64,000 nucleotides of DNA from Sphyrna mokarran. Taxonomy: Eukaryota. Position numbers and translations under genes: made by a program. The notes beneath the pieces were generated by a model. That model ran no database searches, was not told the DNA's origin, and was given only the letters and a program-made list of their open reading frames with translations. This document shows, in pieces, positions 24,801 through 37,671 of this stretch; the stretch's first letter is position 1; the number at the start of each line of letters is the position of its first letter. The stretch spans positions 86,490,001 through 86,554,000 of the forward strand of contig JAGIQG010000008.1 in NCBI GenBank assembly GCA_024679065.1, given 5' to 3'.

Positions 24801-25914
24801 TTCTCCCACACAGCAGAAGTTTGGCCTGTCTTCCTCCTTTTGCTAAAGATTGGCATGAGCTGAACTCCATGAAGTTGGGCATCTAGGTAGCCTCATTGAA
24901 TCTGGGGGGTGCTTTGGCTCTTGTGGTACACTTCTCCTCTCACTCCAAATGTCTGAGATTTATGTGGGAAACATAGATACTCAATGTCAAAAGATGGGAG
25001 ATTTGTTGATTTTTAAAAGTTCTGCCATCTACGATTGACATGCTTTGCAGAGATTAGCTACAATTTACCTGGCCAGACTGAAAAAAGGCCAAATCTTCTC
25101 TCTGTATAATTAATCCACTACATTGATGATATGATGGGTTACCAGACATGTCCAGTGTTAGGGGGTCTTTTTATTATGCTATCCATGACCTTGTTTCAGG
25201 TCATGGCCTGCAGCCTTAAGACTAAAGCCTTAAGATTGCCAAAGAGCAATCTTTGGGCAGAGGATTGCTCTGCCCAATCCTCCAGCACTCATTGGGTGAG
25301 ATGAATATCTACAACTGCACTTGACACTAACTGGTAGTAATTAATATATTATTGGGTGAGCATTAACAAAGAGCTCAGAAGTTGGAATACCACCAATCCC
25401 CGGGTGCGGAACCCTCTAGCAGTGTATGACTATATTATTCAGCCTATATACCTGATGTAGAAGTTTAATTGTGATCTTCCTGAATAGCTTGGTGGGTCAT
25501 GTGGCCTACACCTGGCATTTCTTACACTTAGATGTTCTTATTGTTCAGCTATGTGAGATTGTCCTCACTTCAATGTTTATACCCTTATTTATCCAGTCAC
25601 AGCCAAAGCATTTCCAGCAAAAGCTCTGATTCCTAAGCAGTTTTTCTCACAATCCCCCAATATTTATCAGTAGCCCCCTTCCCTCCCTCTGTCACATGCT
25701 ATCAATGATAAATCTTCCACAGACATGAGGCCAGCCTCCACTTGTATGTTGATAACATGATACACTGATCTTTCTCTCCATTACCTCACTTTTGTACTAT
25801 CAGATTGGTTATCCAGTACCTAGGATTGATTCAAGTGTTGAAGTCAGTCTTTAAACATTATCAACACTACCAATTCTGTATCCCTCCCAAAACACTATTC
25901 ACTGTTGCAGATTG

Positions 25915-26875
25915 AATTTGATTTGACTTATTATTGTTATGTGTATGGGATTCAGTGAAAAGTATTGTTTCATGCGCGCTTTACATATATAGAGGAGGGG
26001 AGAAGGAAAGGAAAGGGTGCAGGATATAGTGTTCCAGTTATAGATAGGGTGAAGAGGAAGATCAATTTAATACGTTGTAGGTTTATTCAAAAGTCTTATG
26101 GCAGCAGGGAAGAAGTTGTTCTTGAGTCAGTTGGTACAAATTCTCAGACTTCTGTATCTTTTTCCTGATGGAAGAAGGTGGAAAAGAGTATATTCAGGTT
26201 GCATGAGGTCCCCATGCTGGCTGCTTTTCTGAGGCAGTGGGAAGTCTAGATAGAGCCAATGAATGGGACGCTGTATCGCATGATCAACTGGGCTATGTTC
26301 AGAACCTTTAAAGTTCTTGTAGTCTTGCTCAGAGTAGGAGCTGTACCAAGAATCCAGAAAAGATGCTTTCTGTGGTGCATCTGTAAAAATTGCTAAGACT
26401 CGTGGTGAACATGCTGAATTTCCTTAACCTCCTGAGAAAGTAGAGATGTTGGTAGGCTTTTTTAACTATAGCGTCAATGTGGAGGGATCAGGACAGATTT
26501 TTGATGATCTAAACATGTATAAATTAAAGCTCTTGACCTTTTCCACTTCATCACTGTTTCAGGGGCATGTCCTCCACTATGTTTCCTGAAGTTAACGACT
26601 GTCTCCTTCATTTAATTGACATTGAGGGAGTGATTATTGCCAACGCACCATTTTACCAGATTCTCTATCTCTTCTGTACGCTGTCTTGTCATTGTTTCGG
26701 ATCCAACTCATTACGGTGGCGTCATCAGAAAACCGAAAAATATAATTGGTCAAACAGCCATAAGAGTATAAAGAGTATAGTAAAGGGCTGAGGCCACAGC
26801 CTTGGGGGCACCAGTGTTGAGAATGATCATGGAGGAGTCATTACTCACTGATTGTGATGTGAGTTAGGAAGCTGT
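25915..26875 (-). mobile_element. Rex1/Babar-like LINE 3' fragment
   Basis: (atttg)n tail at the left end. RT remnant on the minus strand (ctcaacactggtgcccccaaggctgtggcctcagccc, ~NTGAPQGC.LSP). Overlaps in sequence with the copy at 51178-51520. Confidence 0.7.
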
Positions 26876-29260
26876 ATGTCAGCCTTTGGATAAGGAACCA
26901 CATTATTTCAACCTTGGTATCATATTCAATTCCAGTCTGAATTTCTGACCTCCTATCCATTTCATTGCAAACTGTAACATATGCTTCTGAAGCACTCGTT
27001 CATGTTTTTCGTAATCTTTAGATGTGATTATTCCTATGCTGTCCTTGCTTTCTTCCCATCCATTGTAAACTGGAGCTCAACTCTGTAGCCATACCCTTCT
27101 TTGCATCAAGCATTGGTCACATATCCCTCCTGCCCTCAAAGCCCACATTGGCTCCTGGTCTACCCGTATATTTGCATTTAAAATTGCATTTAAATTAAGC
27201 TGTAATTATTTCTTTAACCACCTTGTGCCAATACCCTTTCCCTGCTCACCAACACCCCCACCCCCACCCCACTCATAATGCTGAACTCTCTCTTTTTTGG
27301 TCTGCAGCTTTTTATACATGTTTCCTTCCCTCTGTCATACTTTTGGCAGTAAGTTTGATCTCCTTTGCACTAGTTAAGCTCAGGGATCTGTGGTTCCCTT
27401 CCTAAACTATTCTACCCCTACCCCAAGCTCTCTATTCTCCTTTAAGACCTCCCTGCAAAAATGTTATCCATTCAATCAAGTTTTTTGTTTGCACTATCTT
27501 AATTTATCCAGCATCCCTCTTCCTCATGATCTTCTTCTGCACTAATGATGCAATTTAAATGAAAATTGTCTTTAGTCACTTTGGCTATGCAATGTCCGTC
27601 CTTTTTGTTAGTGACTGGAGAATTATTCCATAGGTTTAAGGAAGAGTCTTCATGATTATATTTCAATATGCTGGTTGAAGTGCCACTCATTCCAGTCTGA
27701 TAAAGGAGTTCCAATGGATATTTGATTGCCCATCACATATTGTATATCTTGTCAATGCCAAATAACTCTTGAAAATTGCAATTTTCAAGCTTGCAGTTTT
27801 ATTGTCAAAAAGGAAAACATCACTGATACGTACTCACACCAAGATTCTGTGTTTGTTGTGAGAAGTGGGCTTGATGAATGCGACAAGTTTGTCTACTAAC
27901 AGCTAATACTCAAGAAAGGCTTCAACTGAGGGACATGAATGTGTAAAAATTTGTGGTAGTATTTCTTTGATTCAATAAACAATTTACTTAGTTTGTTTTA
28001 TGCTGCTGGTGTGGAAAAGTGATGCAATAGATTAGTAATTCAGTAGGCCTAAAGATCTGGAAGCACGAGTTTAAATCCCACTTGGCAACTGGGGAATTTA
28101 AATTCAGTTAGCTAAATACACCCAGAATTAAGAAAAGCTTGTATCTGTTATAATTACAATGGATACCACCAGATTGACATAAAAACATATATAGTTCACT
28201 AATACTTCGGAAATAATATTTATCTTTCTTAGCCAGTCTGGTCTTTATATGGGCAGAGGTTCACAACAATGCAGTTGAGCCTTGGCTGTTTGCGATGTGG
28301 CCTACTAAGCTTCTCAGCTGTCCTGAAGAAGGTGGCTCACCACCATCTTCTCAGTATCAATTCAGGATTACCAATAAATGCTGACTTTACTAACAAACGC
28401 CACATCCTATGAATGAATTTAAAAAACAGATGTTCAAGCATGTTTTTTTTTGAAGTTGTTGTAGCAAATCAAAAAAAAATCAACATTTTATTACATGGAA
28501 AAAGCAAAAGAAAGTAAGTGTAAACACTCATGGTGTCCATTTCAGGAGAGCTGGACTGATTCTTTACAAAAGTGATCAATTTGATTTCTTCGATGCAGTT
28601 TGAAGGATGTTTATCTGGCTGAAATAGTATTCAGAGCAAGAAGTAGCCATTGAATCTAATAATTACAAGGACGTGAAGGAAGTGAATGCTGCATTTCGGA
28701 GAGATGTTTGATTGTAACTATTATTGTTAAAGTTTTGAGAAGGGGAAGGAAGGGGAAATATCCCTGTGTGAAAATCATATGGAAAACTTTAGCTTTTCTT
28801 GTTAATTTGCCGACAACAAAGTGATGATAGAAATAACAAACCACATTGCAGTGCTACTTTTGCACGGTGTCTTTACAAGGAGAAAAATGTCATATTAAGT
28901 TATATTTTCACCCTAAGGAAAAAGTGAAAAAAGCCCATTTGTGGTGTTGCAAGAAGCAACGCAAAATTTGTGCTGTCTGCTTATTATAATATTAGTACTA
29001 TTCAACTCAACCGTAAATGTGTTGCTGAGTGGCTGCACACCCTGGCAAGAGCTGTGAATTTGCATGAGGCAAGAACCACTTCTAAGTTAGTCTGCACTCC
29101 AAAGGAAAGTGCATTCTGTCTTCAGTACATGCTAAAATTGCTTGTAGAGGAGTCAAAAAATAAAAAATGAAAAAGATCCAGCACGGTAGAGAAGGCACCC
29201 CAAGATTGTCTGATGCATGTTGGTGGTTTTGGCACAGGAGATGAACAGAAGGAGAGAGGT

Positions 29261-29472
29261 TGAGTGGAATTCTCCACCTGCCCCTGCCATGATGGGTTTT
29301 TCCATGGTGGAGGCAGCTCATCTTTGGCTACTAGTAGGATCTTCTGCTTCTGCCAAAGTCGATGATGATTAACATTCCTCACTTGTACTGCCATCAGTGA
29401 ACCCACAGTGAGGGTGGATTTCAGTGGAACTATAAAATCCTGCCAGCGGAAAGGACTGGAGAATTCCACCCA
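29261..29472. mobile_element. MITE with 16-bp TIRs (PIF/Harbinger-like)
   Basis: tgagtggaattctcca ... tggagaattccaccca, 1 mismatch. A similar element sits at ~62023-62218. Confidence 0.7.
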
Positions 29473-30007
29473 TTGTATTCTCTTCAAGAGACCCTCCAGA
29501 TGGACATTGAGCAGGTAATGTGAAGAGGTAACTTTCAGAATCAATGAAAATAGTTAAGCTCAGTACTTAGATGCAGTGTAGAAAGAAGATCCATAACCTC
29601 ACATAACTGTCACTTACTGCATCTTCATATGTAATATCCTTGCATATCAGCAACTATCCTCACTCAGTGTTCCATTCACTAGCCCTTCACTCATCTACCA
29701 AAACTTCTATCACACATGACTCATACATATCATTTCCCACACTCTTAGCAATACTGTAAGCCTCATTTTCACATCTAGCAGCACATATATACTGTCAGCT
29801 ATTTCACTATGATGGTCAATCACTCAAATACGTTACACCACACTCCTTCTTGCAGGAGGCAACAGTACTTGACTGACAGGGAAAGGTGGTGATGTGGGGT
29901 AAATAAATGTTAAGGTTCTAGAGATTGCTGATTTGTGAGTGATAATGTGTGGTATATTGTGAGGAAGTGTATTGTGGTGGCTGTGTTATGTCACGCAACA
30001 CTGATCT

Positions 30008-30105
30008 TGACTATCCATGTAAGGTAATTGAACTTCTAGCTCTGTTGCACAATCCTCTGGGCCAGCCATTTGGAGTTGACCATCCAGGCAACCAGATTCC
30101 ATTCT
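30008..30105 (-). pseudogene. Myb/SANT-like (Harbinger accessory protein) fossil fragment
   Basis: Minus-strand translation EWNLVAWMVNSKWLAQRIVQQS*KFNYLTWIVK fits the W..VA..VN......R...QC.KKFNDL pattern. Contains an in-frame stop. Confidence 0.5.
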
Positions 30106-30648
30106 ATACTTGGGGTTTGCTTTTAGGAGTCCCAAGCTACCTTAAGAAATGTATTTTCCTCTTTTATGCCTCCTACTATCCCCAGTGTTCAAAACCTGTG
30201 AACATTCTTTGCCTGATACTCTCTTGTCCATGTATCAGTCTCTTTCCAAGTCTTTTGCAGAAGCTATGCAGCAACATCAGTACAATGAGCAGGCTGCCTT
30301 TCAAGCATGCTGTCTAGTTGAAACATGCTAACCATTCTTCATAATGTGCTCCCTATTGAGCATGCAGCCTGTCAACAGCATCTTCCATTCTCAGCTATAA
30401 GGGGAAATGTTTGACGAGAGTTGGCAACGTAAGGTCTGCATGCTGCTTGCCTCGAGAAAGACTCAGCACAGCGTAATCATAAATAGAGACCTTCATGCCC
30501 AAAATTTATCCTCATCCAATATTCCACACAAAGCTTCACATGACAGTACAGCATTCATTATACTTCCACTAGCCACATGTGGTTTGGCTGTTCCACATGG
30601 TTGTAAGCCAGTTGTTAGGTGGACAGACTTTGTCACCCAACAGCCATA

Positions 30649-32460
30649 TGTTCAAATAATGGAATGGGCTTTCCCTCCTTTAATCACAAAGAAAAATGTA
30701 TTGCAAAATCAACCAAATTAAAATGGGTCACAATTTTTGATAAGCATCGCATGACATTCCAGTACAGATAAGTAAAACAAACATTCAAGTGTCATACTAT
30801 TTTTGATTTCTTTGCAAAGAAATAATTAAAGCCATTTTGGAAAATTTAGGATCCTAATAAACTTATGTGATGTGAACAATCAGGTTCCTTCTTCTAAAAA
30901 AAAGTGTTAGGCAAACCTTTTGACGAGAAATTTTGGTTTTATACAGTTTTTAGTCTTGCCACTAGTGGGGCTGTTTTGGTTCCTAAATGATATCCTAGCG
31001 TTGTGTGCAGTATTCTGATGATTTGGTAAGGTTTGTACCATGGGTATTAGGTTTCTGTGTCACAAATAAGCAGATAGAGATCGCATTTAGCCTTGTCTGA
31101 TGTTGTAACATTAACACTGAGGAAATACCAGGCTGGAACAGGATAAATGCTTTTTGACTGCTGTGAGGAAAGCAGATACTCAACCTGCAAGAAGTGCTGA
31201 TTATGGAGGCATTCCAGCTATAAATACAGTGAATAGAACACTTTATGGTGTAGTCCATTTCTGCATTTAGATCTGACACTCACCAAGCTGTGCGTGCAGC
31301 TTGTGACACAGGGAAGCTGGTTAGCCTGGAAAAGGCACAAGTTTGCTCCACTTGCTAACCAGAGAGCAGCCAATGAGCTTCTCTCTCCAGGCATAAAGAG
31401 CACCTTCCCTTACATAGCAGTGGACAGCGGACTGGGAGATTATTAGAGATATTGCCTGGAAGAATCCCATGCAAACAAATTTAGAGCCACGGTACCTTCA
31501 CAACCACTACCAGTTTTGTCTTTCCCAAGCTGTGAGATCGTCAATAATTTTGGTTTAAGAAAAGTGCTCTTCGAAAACCACGAGGGGCTAAGGCCTCCTA
31601 CTAAGAGTTCTCCTCCCTCTTCTCCTTCTCCCTGTATGAACAGTTAGTCCTTTTTAGTGTTGTCTCTGCTTCATCTCCCTCTTGTGCTTCAGATCAAGGA
31701 GTTTAGTGTAATTATTGCAGCCATGACTAGGAGCAAGTAGTCTAACAGAAGCTTTGAAATCGAACCAAAGATGTCTCCACATACAGCACCACTCTTTATC
31801 AACTTCACCAACTTTAACCAACTCTGGAAACCACAAACACTTGTTTAAGTTCGAAACCAGTAGAAATTAATCAGCTAACATCAGAAATTGCACTGATGAT
31901 GCTATTCAGCAGCACGTTCTTGCGGCTGCATGTTTAGTTATGCCGACAAGTTTAAGAGAGGTCGTCAACTGGAGCAATGAGGTCAAAAATGTCAATGCTG
32001 GAGTTAAATCAGCATTACAGGCTAAATGGTATCACCATCTGCTTATTTGTGGCACACAATCCTAACACCCACAATACAAACCTCCCCAAATCATCAAAAT
32101 ACTGCATAATGCAAGGAAACCATTTAGAAACCAAAACAGCCCCACTGGTGGCAAGACTAAAGACTCTACAAAACCAACATCTTTAGTCAAAAGGTTTACC
32201 TAACACTTTTTTTAGAAGAAGGAACCTGATTGTTCATTTCGCATAAGTTTTTTGAGATCCTAACTTTTCCAAAATGGCTTGAATCATGCCTTTGCAAAGT
32301 AATCAAAAATAGTGCGATACTTGAACATTTGTTTTGCTTATTTATACTGGAATGTCATGCGATGCTTATCAAAAATTATGACCCATTTTAATTTGGTTGA
32401 TTTTGCAATTCTTTTTCCTTTGTGATTGAATGAGGGAAAGCCCATTCCATTATTTGAACA
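30649..32460. repeat. Long inverted repeat: ~455-bp arms, ~900-bp spacer, TGTT...AACA ends
   Basis: 30649-~31104 is the reverse complement of ~32006-32460, e.g. tgttcaaataatggaatgggctttccctc at both ends. No clean TSD. Confidence 0.9.
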
Positions 32461-33439
32461 TCTAATCTGGCTGAAGCTGTGGAGCAAAAGTGGTGTACTT
32501 TCAGAAATGCCATTCTTCAAATGAGATGTTAAAATCAAAGCCAAATCTGGTGATTAAGGTGAACATTCAAGATCTAATATCATAATTCATGATTTTTTTT
32601 TCTGGTCTCTTTGCCCTCATCCCTCCCTTGACCACCAAACAAGTGATTAATTGGTCATTGTTGTTTGAAGGATTTTGTTGTATGTCGAATGGATGCTTCT
32701 TTTGCTTAAATATAAAATATGTAAGTTTATTGTCTTGAAAGAAGTAACTATGGCTAAAGAACCAAAGGAATTTGTTTCATTAGTAATCATCCAACACCTA
32801 TTTTCATATCTGAAAGGAGGCAAAATTGCTGAGATATGTCAATAAGGTCAGACAAAAGTTTTGTTCCAAAGCCAGGTCTGGTTCTGTTAATAGCAGCAAT
32901 CACTTATCAGTTGACAGCTCTCAGATTAAATATTCTGCTCCGTTCAAGTGGCTCAACACCATATAAAAATGTGTAACATTTCCAAGTTTGGTAACGGCCA
33001 TTCTTTTCCTTCTCTGCAAAATATTCTGGAAGCATTTAATTTACAACAAAACCAATCTGACTGTGGAATTAGCTTTTTGTGTTTATATGACCATCTTAAA
33101 AATATCTAGTATAGAAAATATTAGTCATAGATGTACAACTATTCTTTTGGTGTTAACTTGAGCTCCATGGAGCTGATTGATGGGAAGTTGTTTATAAATA
33201 TACAAAGGTGGTGCTTTGGTTTGAAATGGCATATTGGGCAATTTAGAGACATTCAAGTGATATTTTAGAATACTGTGCATTGCATTTCCCATTTCCATGA
33301 CCTCTTCGTGTTCTCCTATACACGTCAGCAGATGGCTCAATGTCATGAGTGTTTAGTGCTACTTAAAGCTGTACTATGCTAATCTTGTATCATTTTTGAG
33401 TCCAAGTTGAGCTTTCATCTGCATAGCCAACCCATCATT

Positions 33440-34060
33440 AAAAGCCCCTATTTTCACATCCATAACATTCTCCAGTGCTGTGCCTCAGCTCTTCTGCTGC
33501 AAAACCATCATGTATATCTTTGTTACCTCCAGCCATGCCTATCCTAAAGCACACCTGGCTGACCATCCAAAATTCTGCTGTCAGTATCCTAATGTGCACC
33601 AAGTTTCATTCACTATCACCACTGTACTCACTGGCCTATACTGATTCCCTGTCAAACACAATCTCAAATTTAAGTGCCTCATGCTTGTTTTCAAATCCTG
33701 CACACCTTTGTTCTTCCTTATCTCTGCAACCTCCTCCAGCTGCATAATTGTCCGAGATATCTGCACTTCTCTAATTTTGGACCCTTCAGCATCATTGATT
33801 TAAATCCCTCCCCCATTGGTGACCAGACATTCAGATGTCTATAGCCATAAGCTGTTTGACATAAGTCTGTCTGCCTCTTTACCTCACTTTCCTCTTTTAA
33901 GATGCACCTTAAAATCCCATCTTGACCAATCTTTTGGTTATGATTCCTAATATCTCCTTATGTGGCTTGGTGTTATATTTTTGATTTAAAACACCTCTGT
34001 AAAGTACTTTGAAGTACTTGGTTAAGTCAAAGGCACTTTATAAATACAAGCTGTTGCAGT
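33440..34060 (+). mobile_element. L2-like LINE 3' fragment
   Basis: atcaccactgtactcactggcctatactgattccctg (~ITPVL..LHWLP) and tail aaaggcactttataaatacaagctgttg. Similar decayed pieces at ~13140-13560 and ~26960-27500. Confidence 0.6.
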
Positions 34061-34576
34061 TATAGCCTGCATCTCTTAAAGCACAGAGCACTGTAGCTGC
34101 TTGTAGTGATAAATATTGTCACAGAGTTTTACAGCACAGAAAGAGCCCCTTTGCCCCATTGTGTCTGTGCTGGCCATTAAGCATTTATTTATTCTAATCT
34201 CATTTTCCAACACTTCGTCTGTAGCCTTGTGTTCTATAGCATTTCAAGTGCTCATCTAAATACTTCTTAAATGATGAGGGCACCTTTCAGGCAGTGAATT
34301 CCAGCTTGTTTCCACTCTCTGGATGAAAAGGTTTCTTTCTTCAATTCTCCTCTAAATCTCCTGCCCTAACCTTAAATTTATGTCTCCTGGCTTTTGAACG
34401 CTCCATTGAGGGGAAACATTCCTTCCTATCTACCCCACCTATGTCCCTCATAATTTGGTACACCTCAATCAAATTTCCCCCCCCCCCCCCCCCCCCCGGC
34501 TTTCTCTGCTCTAAGGAAAACACAGTAAGAATTTAGCAACACCAATTTTAAATCCAACCAATTTATTTGATAGTAA

Positions 34577-34617
34577 ATTTGCGAGCTTTCGACACTCTGT
34601 GTCTTTGTCAGGCAAAT
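34577..34617 (-). ncRNA. Minimal type I hammerhead ribozyme copy with mutated core (CUGACAA, G8A)
   Basis: Reverse complement: AUUUGC CUGACAA A GACAC aga GUGUC GAAA GC UC GCAAAU. Stems are intact but G8 is lost. Confidence 0.65.
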
Positions 34618-34902
34618 GCAGTGTTCTGGTCTGCAATAGCACACATCAGCACAGTGAGGTTTTTTGCTAACCCAGGCAAGTTACGGGGGTTACAGATAAC
34701 TTGCCTGGGTTAGCAAAAAACCTCACTTACTGTGCTGTCTGGAGAAAATACACAATTCTCTAACCAATGCTCAGGATTCCTTTCACACACATTGTTAGCC
34801 ACTTTAACACTTGAATAGCAGGTTAGATGTAAGGATTCGCATTCTAATCAGCAATCTGTGACTGTCTGTGCTGATGTGTGCTATTGCAGACCAGAACACT
34901 GC

Positions 34903-34943
34903 ATTTGCCTGAAGAAGACACAGAGTGTCGAAAGCTCGCAAAT
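34903..34943 (+). ncRNA. Minimal type I hammerhead ribozyme (PLE-type), intact core, predicted cleavage after C34937
   Basis: Stem I AUUUGC/GCAAAU, core CUGAAGA plus one extra A, stem II GACAC-aga-GUGUC, GAAA, palindromic AGCU stem III remnant, UC cleavage site. Confidence 0.8.
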
Positions 34944-37671
34944 TTACTATCAAATAAATTGGTTGGATTTAAAATTGGTGTTGCTAAATTCTTACTGAGT
35001 TCTTACTACCCCAGTCCAACGCCGGCATCTCTACATCATGACTACTAAGGAAAACAACCAGCATATCTAGCCTCTGTGTGATGTGGCAGATTCAACAATG
35101 GCTGACTATGATAGCAAGGATGCACCATAATTTTCAAACCTCAATGTCTTGATTAGAATAGGTGAAAAGAAGGAGAGATGACCCTGTATGCTGGGAGTTA
35201 GGGAGCCAGAATCTTGCATGCTCATAAGATAGTGGGCAGATGTAGTAGTAGAAGTCAATACCAAATGCCTTAATGACCTGGATGCAATGGAAGATGAAGT
35301 TTAATGATCTCAGATGAATTGTCAATGTCGGGAATCCATTGTCAAATGTCATTTCTTGCCAACTACACGACTAGCCTCATCCACTGCTCAATTCATTATA
35401 CTTCCATCAAGCAACAATACTTTCTATTAATTAGAACATATACCTAGCACTTATGTGCTTTACCTCACACACACACTTGGCACAGTTGGAAATCTCAGTC
35501 TCATGTCTCAAAGCTTTATTCGTACTGGCAACTACTCAATCACAACAAAACACACAACTCAAACATATTATTGCATGAGACTCAATGTCAGAATTGTCTC
35601 CTCCTTGCAAGAGTTGTTGCACAACTGGAGACAACAGAAATTAAAGCGAGGCAGAAAAGCATCCTTCTATGTTTTAACCCTCATTGAGGATATAGTGCAG
35701 GCCATCATGAGAAGTGGATTTGCTGAGCACCCTTTTCTCATCTTCCTCCCCCTGTTCCACCTGCTGCCTCCCCTCTGCTGACAAAAGGAAGGCCTTCTTG
35801 GCCACCTAGTCTGTGTCCAAGCCTCTTGATCACCAATAAAAATGTTTCAGCAGCAACCAGACCATAAACTGTAGACTATTTAAACAAGTAAGGAAAAGCA
35901 CTCAAAATATTTCAATTGCAGCATAAGCCAGAAAAACTAAAAATACTTCCATTTATATAATGATTTCATGACAACTGGATGTCTCAAATGATTTTGCAGC
36001 CAGTGAAGTATAATTACAACTATAAAGTAGGAAATGCAGCAATAAATATGCTCTTGGTTAAGCTCCCACAAACAGCAATCCAACAACTAAACTTCAAAGG
36101 CAACACTGTTACATGCTGGTGACATCATGATTTGACTTCTCTGCGTGTTATTGGCATTTATTAGTTGTGTATCCACAATCCCGTTTCAAAAGTGGCATTC
36201 AAAACATTGCCTGTCTGAAGTTTCATGTCTCCTTGGACTATAGCTGAGAAAACAGATGCTACAGAGCCCAATTTCTTCCTGGTAATTTTTGTTTAATAGA
36301 CCTGGAGATGGAAATCTAATGTGACAACAATAATACAGGTGGAACTAGAGTATGATGTGTTTACATCAGCAGTTTTCACTCTGAATAAAGATGTAGAAAT
36401 TTATAATGAAAAGAATGTTGACAGGTTGGAAAAAACACTGTGTAGACTACGGTAGCAATATAACAAATGATTAAAACTATTTTTTCTTTATACATTAACA
36501 GTACCTGCAAATGTAGGTTCTATTGCAGTTGAGTGCAGTCGGATTTGTATTTCCCACTCTCCATATCAATTCATCTAAAATCATTAGTTGATAGATGCAA
36601 AGTTAAACACCAAATTTCGTTGTAATTCATCAGCTTTTTTTTGAACAATCTGAGATCACTATAGAACCATGTTGCTAGAAAGCAAGCAATTTGGAATTGT
36701 TGATGGTATTTCTAAAAGGTCACCTACCTTGATAACATATTGGAACACAGTTGGACAATGGCTCATAGCCTAGGAATCTGTTGTGTTAAATATGCACATG
36801 GCGCCAGCTGCGTGGACTGTTCAAAATATACGTGGTAGCATGAATTCTTTTGAGTTTGTCATTCACAACCAGCATTGTGTTTCTGAGCAATTAAGTTTTA
36901 AACAGATAGAAACACTTAACATGAATATGTATTGTAATTAAACAAATAAAAATAATGACATTCAATTGTAGGTCCTATGTTCTTATAGTCCCATCATTAT
37001 GCATTTATCCCACTAACGTGAATAAACTAAGTTCTACCTGGAACTATGTAAATATCATTCCATCAAAATAAATCAGTAAATATTCAAGCACAGCACTGAT
37101 ATAATCCAAATACAGTTTATTCTGAGATAATCCCAAACCTAAATGACTGCAGGATAAGCACATTTCATATCCTGTGCTTATCCCAGCATTTTCGTGTTGC
37201 TTTAATGATGTGAACGATATTGCAATCTAATCTCACTCAAATCAGCCAGGTAATTAATATTTCTTTTTTTAAAGTTCTGTTAGTACTGAATGGATTAATT
37301 GCTAGTTTCTTTGGAAGTATGAGCTCAACAGATGAGTGAATGGCTTTCCTTAGCTGCACTTTCCTCAAATACATTTATTCAAATACATTTTTACAAATCA
37401 TAAATACAAAGAAACATCAATATCCATGAAGAGAGTTTAAGTTTATATCAGTAATTAGAAAGTTGTCCTAATTTTGAAACTACTAGATCTGATCAAAATA
37501 ATTACTTTCATGTTAAAAGTAACCATTGGTCCAAAATATGTTTCAGAATGCTATTGCTTACTTTTTTACATAATTGAAAGATCTTCAGGAACATATGGAA
37601 TGACTTTTCCCTGTACTAATTGTAGTGATAATGTTGCTTTATTTCTCTTCAGTTGTTAAGAGAAATAACAG

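Larger units (their letters stand above)
34523..35044 (+). mobile_element. Penelope-like element remnant with inverted pseudo-LTR arms and 12-bp TSD
   Basis: TSD ctaaggaaaaca at 34511-34522 and 35045-35056. Inverted arms 34523-34654 and 34866-34997 (130/132 identical). 3' end ccccagtccaacgccggcatctctacatcatg and hammerhead motif are typical of recalled elasmobranch PLE termini. Confidence 0.8.
34118..35075 (-). mobile_element. CR1/HER1-like LINE 3' fragment, host of the Penelope-like insertion
   Basis: ORF 34341-34523(-) reads FSLEQRK..GNLIEVYQIMRDIGGVDRKECFP, a CR1 RT C-terminus. The sequence resumes after the duplicated ctaaggaaaaca at 35045. Confidence 0.8.

Noticed and set aside
28546-28575. 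Possible alternative terminal exon ESWTDSLQK-stop after tccatttcag
   Set aside because: Short pyrimidine tract, no homology to harmonin and no supporting signal.
30956-32154. Convergent CTCF-like motifs (ttgccactagtggggc and its inverted copy) in the long inverted repeat
   Set aside because: Two mismatches in the CTCF core, and the pairing is simply a result of the inverted repeat.
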